Translations under genes and position numbers: made by a program
The notes under the pieces: model-generated
Database searches by the model: none
Told to the model about the DNA's origin: nothing
What the model saw: only the letters and a program-made list of their open reading frames with translations
Source of the DNA: an uncultured Gemmatimonadales bacterium
GTDB taxonomy: Bacteria; Gemmatimonadota; Gemmatimonadetes; Longimicrobiales; RSA9
Length of the DNA stretch: 64,000 bases
Assembly: GCA_963783305.1 (NCBI GenBank)
Contig: CAWAMW010000016.1
Span: forward strand, 256,001-320,000
Direction: 5' to 3'
Shown: positions 43,126 through 52,912 of the stretch, piece after piece
Numbering within the stretch: the stretch's first letter is position 1
Layout: each line of letters starts with the position of its first letter

Positions 43126-43863
43126 ATGAGCAGCGAACGACAGGACCCGTACGACCTGGCTTTTGGCGCGGAGTCGATGGACGAGCGGCTCTTCCCGCCC
43201 ATCGCGGAGGAGGCGGAGGCGCGGGATCAGCCGCTGGCGGACCCGGACCGTTTCGTATTCCTGAGCAGTGTGGGGAAGCTCCTCCAGGCCATCGCCGGGA
43301 GCGAGCCGTACGAGGGCGGGAAGAGCCCGACGGAGGAGGATCGCGAAGCTGTCCGGCAGTACGGCCGGCTGTTGTTCCACGCCTTCCACTTCTGGCGTGG
43401 CGGCAAGGTTCGCCGTGAGGTGGGCGAGGACCGGCTCCGCTGGCTCCTGGACGACGTCACCACCGTGGGCGACTGGGAGCTCCGCACGCCCGCGGGCTCC
43501 GGCTACCTCCGGCTGCCCCGCAACCTGGTCTGGGCGGCCCCCGCGCCGGGGCTTCCGCCCGAGCCCGTGGACGGACTCTTCTGGATGCTCGCGCGCCCTG
43601 ATGACGGGCGGGCGGTCCGGCTCCACATCCTCCTGACCCTGGGCGTCCGTTCCGACCGCGCCGGGTTCAGCGTGATCCCGGCCACCGGCGTGCTGGATGA
43701 CGAACGCCACTGGGCCGAGGTGCAGGGGCGTGCGGACGGGACCGACTTCGAGACGAACCTTCCCGGCGGTGAGATGGACGATCTCTACTCCATCGAGACG
43801 GCGGCGGAAGCGCTGAAGCTCGCATCGCTGGCCTTCTGGGAGCTGGACCCTGCGAGTGGATAA
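43126..43863 (+). CDS. Hypothetical protein upstream of polX
   Basis: Host-like codon bias; stop overlaps polX start. Confidence 0.75.
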   Translation: MSSERQDPYDLAFGAESMDERLFPPIAEEAEARDQPLADPDRFVFLSSVGKLLQAIAGSEPYEGGKSPTEEDREAVRQYGRLLFHAFHFWRGGKVRREVGEDRLRWLLDDVTTVGDWELRTPAGSGYLRLPRNLVWAAPAPGLPPEPVDGLFWMLARPDDGRAVRLHILLTLGVRSDRAGFSVIPATGVLDDERHWAEVQGRADGTDFETNLPGGEMDDLYSIETAAEALKLASLAFWELDPASG

Positions 43864-45575
43864 GGCGGTGGCGGCCCTCGTCCTCGAGGAGATCGCCGCA
43901 CTCCTCGCCCTTCAGGACGCCGAGCCGTTCCGGGTCCGCGCCTATCGCACCGCCGCGCGCGCCGTGGATGACGCACCCGGCGACCTCGACCGGCTCCTGG
44001 CCGACAACGAGCTGGCGGAGATCCCCGGGCTGGGCCCCGGCACCATCAGCGTTATCCGGGAGCTCGTGGAGACGGGCCGGTCCGGGCTGTACGACCGGCT
44101 CCGCGCCGAGACCCCGGCGGGAATCGTCCAGCTCCGCGGCGTCTCCGGGCTCGGGCCGAAGCGCGTCCGCACGCTCCACGAGGAGCTGGGGATCGAGACG
44201 CTGGAGGAGCTCCGCGCGGCCGCGGAGAGCGGCCGGGTCGCTCGCCTGAAGGGCTTCGGCCCCGCCACGCAGCGCCGGATCCTCGATGGGATCGACTTCG
44301 TCGCCGAGAGCTCCGGACGACGCCGCCAGCCCCAGGCCCACGGGACCGCCCACCGCCTGGTCGCCCACCTCCAGACGCTCGACGTGCGCGAGGTGAAGCT
44401 GGCGGGCGAGGTCCGGCGCGGCTGCGAGACCGTCGGCTCGATCGACCTGCTGGTGGTGTCCGAGGACGCCAATGCGGTGCTCGACGCCTTCATCGGGCTG
44501 CCGCACCTCACGCTGGCGGAGCGACAGGGCGCTGACCGGGCCCGCGCGGCCATGGCGGACGGCGCCACCATCCGCATCCGCTGCGTGGCGCCCGACGAGG
44601 CGCCCGCCGCGTGGGTGGCCCAGACCGGCTCGCCCGCCCACGTCGCGCGCCTCGAGGAGCGCGCCCGGACGCTGGGGTTCCGGCTCGACGACCGCGGGCT
44701 CTGGCGCCAGGAGGGCGGCGAGCGCATCCCCATCGCGGACGAGGAGGCGCTCTACGCCGCGCTGGAGCTGGAGTGGGTGCCGCCGGAGCTGCGGGAGGGG
44801 ACCGGCGAGGTGGAGTCTGGCGGCGGACGGTCGTCTGCCCCGGCTCGTCCGCTACGAGGACCTCCGGGGCACCTTCCACTGCCACACCACCTGGTCCGAC
44901 GGGCGCGGCACCGTGGCCGAGATGGCCGAGGGCGCGCTGGCCCGCGGGTGGCGCTACCTCGGCATCGCCGACCATTCCGCCAACGCCAGCTACGCCGGAG
45001 GCCTCACGGTGGAGGAGGTGCGGCAACAGCAGCGGGAGATCGACCGCTGGAACGCAGACCGCGGCGGAGAGCTGCGCCTCTTCAAGGGCGTGGAGGCCGA
45101 CATCCTGAACGATGGATCGCTCGACTACCCCGACGACGTGCTCGACTCCTTCGACTACGTCGTCGGGTCCGTCCACTCCGCCTTCCGGATGAAGGAGGCG
45201 GAGATGACCCGGCGCATCACGCGCGCGATCGCGGACCCGCGCCTCACCATCCTCGGCCACCCCACCGGCCGGCTGCTGCTGACCCGCGAGCCGTACGCGG
45301 TGGACATGAACGCCGTGATCGACGCGGCGGCCGGAGCGGGCGCCGCCATCGAGATCAACGCCGACCCCCACCGCATGGACATGGACTGGCGCTACTGGCC
45401 CGCGGCCCGGGAGAAGGGCGTCCGCTGCGCCATCGACCCCGACGCCCACTCCGTGGCCGGCCTCGGCGCTGTCGTGTACGGCGTGTCCATGGCCCGGAAG
45501 GGCGGGCTGGAGCCCGCGGACGTCATCAACACGTGGGAGCTGGAGCGGGTGGAGTCGTACCTGGGAGAGCGATGA
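43856..45575 (+). CDS. polX: DNA polymerase X / PHP 3'-5' exonuclease; +1 frameshift at ~44816
   Basis: PFRVRAY, HhH IPGLGP and GLGPKR, TGS..H, PPELRE; second frame continues HCHTTWSDG, DHS, GVEADI, GHPTGR, EINA, DAHS. Confidence 0.9.
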
Positions 45576-46273
45576 GCGACGAGAGGCGCAGGACCCGAAG
45601 GACCGACGCCGGTCGGCGCTTCGTCGGCGAGAAGAAGGCGGAGCGGATGGAGCGGGTGGAGGAGATCATCCGTCGCCTGTGGGAAGAGTACCCCGACGCC
45701 GAGACCTCGCTCGAGTACCGGAACCCGTACGAGCTCCTCACCGCCACCATCCTCTCGGCGCAGTGCACCGACGAGCGCGTGAACATGGTCACTCCGGAGC
45801 TCTTCCGGCGCTACCCCACGCCCCGCGACCTGGCGGGCGCCCGCACGGAGGACGTGGAGGAGATCATCCGCTCCACCGGCTTCTTCCGCCAGAAGACGAA
45901 GAGCCTCCTCGGCATGGCCGAGGCGGTGAGCCAGGAGCACGCCGGGGAAGTGCCCCGGACCATGAAGGCGCTGGTGAAGCTGCCCGGCGTGGGTCGCAAG
46001 ACCGCCAACGTGGTGCTCGGCAACGCGTTCGGAAAGGACGAGGGCGTGGTGGTGGACACCCACGTGAAGCGGCTCTCCGGCCGGCTCGGGCTCACCAGCC
46101 AAACCACCCCCGAGAAGATCGAGAAGGACCTCGTGCGGCTCGTGCCGAAAGCGTCGTGGACCGACCTGCCGCACCTGTTCATCTTCCACGGCCGCGCGGT
46201 CTGCAAGGCCCCCACGCCGCTCTGCGGGGAATGCATCCTCGCCGACATCTGCCCCAGCGCCCGGATCGGTTAG
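45572..46273 (+). CDS. nth: Endonuclease III
   Basis: LSAQCTDERVN, LPGVGRKTANVV, VDTHV, C-x6-C-x2-C-x5-C cluster motif. Confidence 0.96.
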   Translation: MSDERRRTRRTDAGRRFVGEKKAERMERVEEIIRRLWEEYPDAETSLEYRNPYELLTATILSAQCTDERVNMVTPELFRRYPTPRDLAGARTEDVEEIIRSTGFFRQKTKSLLGMAEAVSQEHAGEVPRTMKALVKLPGVGRKTANVVLGNAFGKDEGVVVDTHVKRLSGRLGLTSQTTPEKIEKDLVRLVPKASWTDLPHLFIFHGRAVCKAPTPLCGECILADICPSARIG

Positions 46274-46381
46274 GCGACGGCTCTGGTCCGCCCATCAGCC
46301 TGCGGCCGGCCGGACCCTACGCACGCTCCTTGCACGTTTTCACTGCGCCCGAATCACGGAAACGATGCACGGAGGCATACC

Positions 46382-46948
46382 ATGCCCGAACACGATCTCA
46401 GCGGAAAGAAAGTCGCCATCCTCGTTGCCCACGGCTTCGAGCAGGTGGAACTCACCGAGCCGCGAAAGGCGCTCCGGGACGCCGGGGCTGAAACCCATAT
46501 CGTCTCGCCCGTGGACGGGAAGGTGAAGGGGTGGAAGCACGACCACTGGGGCGACGAGATGGACGTGGACGTGGCGCTTAGCGACGCGAGCCCCGACGAC
46601 TACGACGCCCTCATGCTCCCCGGCGGTCAGATGAACCCCGACAACCTCCGGGGCGACCCCGACGCCGTCGCGTTCGCGCGCGCCTTCTTCCAGGCCGGCA
46701 AGCCCGTGGCCGCCATCTGCCACGGCCCCTGGCTGCTGGTCGAGGCCGACGTCGTGCGAGATCGACGGATGACCTCCTACCACACCATTCAGACCGACCT
46801 CAAGAACGCCGGCGCCGACTGGGTGGACGAAGAGGTCGTCGTGGACCAGGGTCTGGTCACGAGCCGCAACCCCGACGACATTCCCGCCTTCAATCGGAAG
46901 ATGATCGAGGAGATCGCCGAGGGGAAACACGCCGGCCAGACGGTGTGA
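46382..46948 (+). CDS. pfpI: PfpI/DJ-1 family type 1 glutamine amidotransferase-like protein
   Basis: GFEQVEL, PGG, AICHGPW, VTSR.PDD. Confidence 0.93.
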   Translation: MPEHDLSGKKVAILVAHGFEQVELTEPRKALRDAGAETHIVSPVDGKVKGWKHDHWGDEMDVDVALSDASPDDYDALMLPGGQMNPDNLRGDPDAVAFARAFFQAGKPVAAICHGPWLLVEADVVRDRRMTSYHTIQTDLKNAGADWVDEEVVVDQGLVTSRNPDDIPAFNRKMIEEIAEGKHAGQTV

Positions 46949-46989
46949 AGACCGGCCGGTGAGCTGGGCAGGGTTTTTCAAAACCTTGT

Positions 46990-47091
46990 CACGAAGGACT
47001 CGAAGGGGCCGAAGGATTCGAAGAAAAGCGATAAATATTGTTTCTTCGAGATCTTCGACCTTTCGAGCTCTTCGTGTCACGCCTTTTTTTT
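46990..47091. repeat. AT-rich ~87-bp palindromic element built of CGAAG units, followed by a T-run
   Basis: cacgaaggactcgaaggggccgaaggattcgaagaaa ... tttcttcgagatcttcgacctttcgagctcttcgtg, then T8. Confidence 0.8.
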
Positions 47092-47125
47092 CCTGCCATG
47101 CCACAAACCTGAATGAGGAGCAGAA

Positions 47126-47683
47126 ATGCCGACGCGTGAAGATGCCGTTGCGCTGCTGGAGGAGTGGGTCGAGAACGAGGGCCTGCGCAAGCACATGTAC
47201 TCCGTCGAGGCCGCCGTCCGGAGCTACGCCCGGGACCAGGGCGAGGACGAGGAGCTGTGGGGGCTGGCCGGTCTCCTGCACGACCTCGACTGGGAGAAGT
47301 ACCCGGACCAGCACCCGCTCAAGGCGGTCGAAGCGCTCCGGGCTCGCGGCTACCCTGAGGAGGTCCTCCACGCCATCCTCGCCCACCGCAGCGACTTCAC
47401 CGGTGTGGAGCCCGAGACGCCGCTGGACCGGACGCTCGTGGCCTGCGACGAGATCACGGGGCTGGTCATGGCCACCGCACTCGTCCGCCCCAACGGGATC
47501 GATGACCTGAAGCCGAAGTCCGTCAAGAAGAAGATGCGCGACTCCGCTTTCGCTGCTGGCGTCGACCGCGAAAGTGTCCGGTACGGCGCCGAGCTCCTGG
47601 GCATCGATTTCAATGAGCACATCGCCAATGTCATAGCAGCCATGCGGGGGATCGGCGATGAGCTCGGGCTGAGCAGGGGGTAG
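47126..47683 (+). CDS. HD/HDIG domain metal-dependent hydrolase
   Basis: L.KH, GLLHDLD, HP, AILAH, ACDEITG, FAAGVDR. Confidence 0.92.
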   Translation: MPTREDAVALLEEWVENEGLRKHMYSVEAAVRSYARDQGEDEELWGLAGLLHDLDWEKYPDQHPLKAVEALRARGYPEEVLHAILAHRSDFTGVEPETPLDRTLVACDEITGLVMATALVRPNGIDDLKPKSVKKKMRDSAFAAGVDRESVRYGAELLGIDFNEHIANVIAAMRGIGDELGLSRG

Positions 47684-48000
47684 GATCCGGTGACGGTGCC
47701 GCGGACACCGACGAGTGCGCCGGAGTGTCCGCGACGGTGTCCGCGACACGCTCCTGTCGCGAGAACCGTCGCGGGCGGCGGACTCCGACTTTGGCTCGAA
47801 TCTCCGCGTACGCTGCCTCAAAAATGCACGCCAAGTCGAAGCGCCGAGGATCTAATGCGCACCAGTGTTGACTTGCTCGTTACTGAGAGATAGCGTCCAG
47901 TCAGGATCTGTGCGTGGCAGCTGGCATGCCCACCCCCTTGGGCACAGACCTCGAAGCGGAATCACTCCAGGTTCGTGGGTTCCTACCGCAAGGCAGAAAC

Positions 48001-48529
48001 ATGCCCACACTCCGCAAAGAATGGCTGACGCCGGGGATCGCACTGGTAGCAGTGCTACTGGTGGGCGCGCTGGCGTACCCGAACCGGCTGCTGATGGCGG
48101 ATCTGGCTGACCTGCAGTACCGGCCTGGCCCGCACCCTGGACGGTGATTCCCTCCAGATCGTGAGCGGTGTGAGATCGGACCGACAGGTCCTGGTCCTGT
48201 TTACCACCACCTGCCAGTATTGCGCGGCATCGGTGCCGACGTGGAACCAACTCGCACAACGCCTTGAACTCGACGGGACGAGTTTGGTCGGGATCTCGCT
48301 CGACTCCGTGCCCGAAACGGAATCGTACAGGCGCACGCACGGCCTACAGTACCCGGTCATTACGTTTCCCCTCGAGAGTCTTCGTCGGATGTATCGAGCC
48401 CATTCCGTCCCGATCACCATGGTAGTCGCTGGTGACGGCCGGATTATCTATTCACGAATGGGAGTGTTGAGTGACGGTCCTGCGGCGGACTCCGTAATCG
48501 CAGCGGTTCACTGGCGCCCGGCCGAGTGA
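48001..48529 (+). pseudogene. TlpA/peroxiredoxin-like thiol-disulfide oxidoreductase, split by a frameshift near 48135
   Basis: N-terminal TM ORF (MPTLRKEW...PHPGR*), then another frame TLDGDSLQI...FTTTCQYC...W..L...GISLD...VP.T.VV..DG.I. Confidence 0.75.
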
Positions 48530-48624
48530 GGCGGGATTCTGCCGGAGCAGTAGTCACGAGCTGCCATGCTCCGGTCGGGGGGACGTACTTCGGCGTCCCC
48601 GGAACACACCACGCGGAGGTTCTC

Positions 48625-48873
48625 ATGACACAATGGTTGAAGCGAGTTGCAAAGAGCGCAGCAGTTGGCGCCGCGGCGTTAGTGCTCACTTTTGGGGCCC
48701 ACACTCTCTATGCATCCAGCGCTCCGATCTCGGCCTGCTCACCACAGGATCCCGGCTATCTGGGAACGTGTCCTACATACACGCCCGAGACGTGCGAAAT
48801 GGACTGTGAATTCTATTTCCAGACCGATGGCAATCAGTGCGTCGGCGGATGCTGTATCTGCCAGACGCGATGA
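48625..48873 (+). CDS. Secreted cysteine-rich peptide (82 aa, 8 Cys), defensin-like spacing
   Basis: GGAGG RBS at 48615; ~30-aa signal peptide; stop overlaps next start (ATGA). Confidence 0.8.
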   Translation: MTQWLKRVAKSAAVGAAALVLTFGAHTLYASSAPISACSPQDPGYLGTCPTYTPETCEMDCEFYFQTDGNQCVGGCCICQTR

Positions 48874-50114
48874 CTGATCCAACCGGGATCGCACGCGGCG
48901 CGAGTCACCTGGGGTTCGCGCTCCTGTTGGCCCTGGTGGCCGCGTGCGATCCCGGCGAAGTATCTGTGGTGGATGTGGATCGTCGCACCACGCCGCCGGG
49001 CGACACGCTGTACGTCACCGTCCTCCGCCCCGACGGAACGCCTGCCGCCGATGCGGACGTGGGCTATCTCACGGGCATGGGCAGCACGAACTTCGTCTGG
49101 GGAGAGGCTCGCACCGATGCCGAGGGCCGGGTTGCCCTCACCAACCTCGCCTCTGGCGGCATGTACTGGCTCGGGGCCGAACAGGAGGACGCGGAGCTGG
49201 GCGTGTTGGGAGGGGGGGAGAAGGCTCAAGGGCCGTCCGGCGGATCCGCGGAGCTCCTGATCGAACTGTCACCGCCGCGCACGTCTGGCGTGGTGATCAG
49301 CGAGGTGTACATGGACGCCCCTAACCCGTGGGAGACGGGGGACACCTACTACTACTACAGCAAGTACATCGAGCTGGCCAACAACTCGCCCGCGCCGCTC
49401 TACCTGGATGGAATGCTGATATTTACCGCGTACGCGTGGTGGTATGATGCCGGCGTGGCCGGTCACCACCGGTGCGAGGACACGGCCACCATGCGGAACG
49501 ATTCGCTGGGCGTGTGGTCGGAGGTGATCTGGCAGATCCCGGGCTCGGGCTCGGAGCATCCGCTGGGGCCGGGCGAAGCCGCCGTTCTGGCGGTTTCGGC
49601 CGCGGACCACACCGCCATCCATCCGACGTTGCTGGACCTCTCCGGCGCAAGGTTCGAATTCGGCGTCTCCGGTGTGGCTGACAACCCGGCAGCGCCCGAC
49701 CTGATCTGGCACGGGCCCAAGCCGCCGACATCCAGTGATTTCTCTCTGATCCATATGTACTGGGGAGTGGCTTCACCCGGTGACGTAGACTCGTTCGTCA
49801 GCAGGCCTGATCCGGGCGCTACCGGCCGCGTGGACGAGTACCGGCGGATTCCAGCGGACCTGGTCGAAGATGTGTCGTTCGTCTTCTGGGATCGGACCGG
49901 GTCGTACTCGCAGGCTCCGCCGCGGCCCGCGTGCGACCACCCGGTCCACCCGACGTTCGACCGACTACCGGGGGGGTTCCTCCTCGAGAGCGAGATCGAG
50001 TTCTCCGGCCAGCGCCGGTCCGTCACGGTGAACGGTCGCTCGCTCCTGCTGGACACGAACACGAGCTGGGTCGACTTCATGAAGGCGGAGCGGACGCCGG
50101 GGTGGCTGCCGTGA
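48870..50114 (+). CDS. Lipoprotein, DUF4876-like
   Basis: Lipobox LVAAC; VISEVY...KYIELANNS..LYLDG, WQIPGSG..PL.PG, A.DH, DNP.APDL, L.DTN.S..DF. Confidence 0.8.
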   Translation: MTDPTGIARGASHLGFALLLALVAACDPGEVSVVDVDRRTTPPGDTLYVTVLRPDGTPAADADVGYLTGMGSTNFVWGEARTDAEGRVALTNLASGGMYWLGAEQEDAELGVLGGGEKAQGPSGGSAELLIELSPPRTSGVVISEVYMDAPNPWETGDTYYYYSKYIELANNSPAPLYLDGMLIFTAYAWWYDAGVAGHHRCEDTATMRNDSLGVWSEVIWQIPGSGSEHPLGPGEAAVLAVSAADHTAIHPTLLDLSGARFEFGVSGVADNPAAPDLIWHGPKPPTSSDFSLIHMYWGVASPGDVDSFVSRPDPGATGRVDEYRRIPADLVEDVSFVFWDRTGSYSQAPPRPACDHPVHPTFDRLPGGFLLESEIEFSGQRRSVTVNGRSLLLDTNTSWVDFMKAERTPGWLP

Positions 50115-52912
50115 GGCGGCGGGCGGCGGGCGTTCGAGGGCGACTCCTATTGCTGGCCCTGCTGGGCGCGCTGCCTGCCGGAGCTGCGGCCCAGTCCGTG
50201 ATCGTGGGGCACGTACTGGAGGCGCAGACGGAGGCGCCGATCGCGGGGGCGGCCGTGCAGGTCGAGGGGGTGCAGGGAGTGGTGCTGACGGACAGCGCGG
50301 GCCGGTACGTGCTGGCCCGCGTCCCGGCGGGTCCCCAGATGCTGCGGGTCGACCGGCTGGGTTATGCGACGGCGCGGGTGGCGGTGGTTGTCCCCGCCCG
50401 CGGCACGCTGCAGCAGGACGTGCGCATGGCCGAGACGGCGCTGGACATCGAGGGGATCGTGGTCACGGCCGACGTCGCGAGCCGCGCCCGGGGCGAGCTG
50501 GGCACCGCGAGCGTGGTGGGCGAGGACGCGATCCGTCAACAGACCGCGGTGAGCCTGGCGGGCGTGCTTGAGCTGGTGCCCGGGGCGCAGCTCGAGTCGC
50601 CCGGGCTCGAGTCGGTCTCGCAGGTGTCGCTCCGGGCCATTCCCACGTACGGGGCGGCGTCCACCACGAGCGGCACCAGCACCTCGGACCTGGCCAGCTT
50701 CGGGACGCTGATCGTGCTGGACGGCGTGCCGCAGACGAACAACGCGAACCTCCAGACGCTGGGATCCCGGGGCGAGCTGTCGTTCACGACCTCGGCGGGC
50801 GGCGGGATCGACCTGCGACGCATCCCCGCCGCGGCCATCGAGCGCGTCGAGGTGATCCGGGGCGTGCCCTCGGCCCGCTACGGCGACCTCACCCAGGGCG
50901 CCATCGTGGTGGACACGCGCACCGCGGCCATCCCGCCGGAGGTGATGGCCCGCTACGACGCCCGCAGCCTCGAGGTCTCGACGGTGGCGGGGCGGACGTT
51001 CGGCCGGGACGACCACGCCGGGTCGTTCACCATGGACATGGCGCGCACGCGGAGCCAGCCGGGTGTCTCCGACGATGAGACGCTCCGCGTGGCCGGCCAG
51101 CTCGCGCACCGCATCGCCGTCGGACCGTCCGGCGGCCTGGTGCTCGACACGCGGGTGGACGCGTTCCAGCTCGTGGACGACCGTCCGGAGGACCCGAACG
51201 TCCGGCCGGAGCGCTCCTCCTGGAGCCGGGACCGGGGGCTGCGCCTATCGGAACGGGCGCGACTCCGGCTGCCGTTCGACGCGCGCCTCACCTGGACGGC
51301 CTCCTACTCCCGACTCGAGCAGCGCTCGGTGGCCGCGTCGCCCCGGGTGCGCGGGCCGCAGCCGTTCACGGACCGGCTGACGCCGGGGCGGAGCGAGGGA
51401 CGGTTCGTCATCGGCCGCTACGAGTCGGAGCTCGCCATCGACGGGACGCCACATTTGCTGTTCTCGCGTCTCGAGCTCGCCGGCGAGCGGGACTGGCTGG
51501 GTCTGGCCCACGAGATCCGGATCGGGAACGAGCTGCGCCGGGAGTGGAACAGCGGGGCCGGGTACCAGTTCGACATGGAGTTCCCACCCCAGGTCACCTT
51601 CAACAGCGTTCAGGGCTACGACCGCCCCAGGTCGTACCACGATATTTCACCGCTCGTCCACACCGCGCTCTACATCGACGACCGCATGAGCCGCACGCTG
51701 CCGGGTGACGTGGTGATGAACCTGCAGGCGGGCTTCCGGGCGGACATGCTGCACGAGGGCGGCTGGTGGGCGTCGGGTGTGAGGGACGCGATCGTGCAGC
51801 CGCGCGTGAACCTGGAGCTGATCCCATGGCCGTGGCTGCGGCTCCGGGCGGGATGGGGTCGCACCGCGAAGACGCCCTCCCTCGCCCAGCTCTCTCCCTC
51901 GCCGCAGTACCACGACGTGGTGAACGTGAACTACTTCGCCAACGACCCGGCGGAGCGGCTGGCCGTGCTCACCACCAGCATCAAGGACCCCACCAACCCG
52001 GAGCTGGGTTTCTCCCGGGCGACGAAGCGGGAGGCGGGGCTCGAGCTCGCGCTGGGCGGGACGACCGTACAGATCGTGGGGTTCTCCGATCGGATCGATG
52101 GCGGCATCGGACAGCGCCAGGATCTCGACACGGTGCTGAGGGACCGATACGAGCTCACCGACAGCATCCTCGGCAACGGGATCCCCCCGACCATCATCGA
52201 GCCGCCCTACCGGACGGACACCATTCCGGTGCTCGTAGGACGCCCCGACCACATCCTGACCCTCGAGAGCCGGGGCCTGGAGCTCACGGCGCTCCTGCCG
52301 GAGTTCCGGCCGCTGCGCACCCGCCTGCAGGTGCAGGGCGCGGTGATCCGGACACGCCAGACCACCACCGGCGTCTATTATGGCCGTGGCGAGAGGTTCT
52401 CCGACTTCCAGCTGCTGGAAGGGATCCAGCGGATCCCGTACTGGGAGGGCGGCGCGGAAGAGAGCGAGCGGGCCCTCGTGACATACCGCCTCATCCACCA
52501 TCAGCCGGAGCTGGGTTTCGTGATCACCGGTGTCATCCAGCACAACATCCACGACTGGAGCGGTGCGGCCACGGCGACCGACACCCTCGCCTTCGATGGG
52601 TACGTGAACCGCCGGGGCGAGCGCGTGCCCGTGCCCCGGGAGGATCGGGCCGCGCCCGAGTATGCCGACCTCCGGGTCCCCCGGAGCGGGGTCCTCACGG
52701 AGCTCCGGGCGACGCCGGGGGACTGGATGCTGGGGCTCCAGGCCAGCAAGACGCTCCCCCTCGACGGCCGCCTCAGCTTCTGGGTCTACAACCTCTTCGA
52801 CAAACGGGGGATCTTCGGCGAGCTGGATGTGCAGCCCCGAACGTATGGCGCCATGCGGTTCGGGCTCGAGCTCAAGCTCGCCACCAGCGGGCTGACGGAG
52901 CTGCTCCAGTGA
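50111..52912 (+). CDS. TonB-dependent receptor
   Basis: GTGA overlap; signal peptide; carboxypeptidase-like N-domain; FGT.IVLDGVP..NNANLQ, GIDLR.I....IE.VEVIRGVPSARYGDLT.G plug. Confidence 0.92.
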   Translation: MRRRAAGVRGRLLLLALLGALPAGAAAQSVIVGHVLEAQTEAPIAGAAVQVEGVQGVVLTDSAGRYVLARVPAGPQMLRVDRLGYATARVAVVVPARGTLQQDVRMAETALDIEGIVVTADVASRARGELGTASVVGEDAIRQQTAVSLAGVLELVPGAQLESPGLESVSQVSLRAIPTYGAASTTSGTSTSDLASFGTLIVLDGVPQTNNANLQTLGSRGELSFTTSAGGGIDLRRIPAAAIERVEVIRGVPSARYGDLTQGAIVVDTRTAAIPPEVMARYDARSLEVSTVAGRTFGRDDHAGSFTMDMARTRSQPGVSDDETLRVAGQLAHRIAVGPSGGLVLDTRVDAFQLVDDRPEDPNVRPERSSWSRDRGLRLSERARLRLPFDARLTWTASYSRLEQRSVAASPRVRGPQPFTDRLTPGRSEGRFVIGRYESELAIDGTPHLLFSRLELAGERDWLGLAHEIRIGNELRREWNSGAGYQFDMEFPPQVTFNSVQGYDRPRSYHDISPLVHTALYIDDRMSRTLPGDVVMNLQAGFRADMLHEGGWWASGVRDAIVQPRVNLELIPWPWLRLRAGWGRTAKTPSLAQLSPSPQYHDVVNVNYFANDPAERLAVLTTSIKDPTNPELGFSRATKREAGLELALGGTTVQIVGFSDRIDGGIGQRQDLDTVLRDRYELTDSILGNGIPPTIIEPPYRTDTIPVLVGRPDHILTLESRGLELTALLPEFRPLRTRLQVQGAVIRTRQTTTGVYYGRGERFSDFQLLEGIQRIPYWEGGAEESERALVTYRLIHHQPELGFVITGVIQHNIHDWSGAATATDTLAFDGYVNRRGERVPVPREDRAAPEYADLRVPRSGVLTELRATPGDWMLGLQASKTLPLDGRLSFWVYNLFDKRGIFGELDVQPRTYGAMRFGLELKLATSGLTELLQ

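Noticed and set aside
43856..46273. Apparent 805-aa PolX-endonuclease III fusion in the ORF track
   Set aside because: Produced by the +1 frameshift at ~44816; the middle is out-of-frame PHP sequence and nth has its own ATG at 45572
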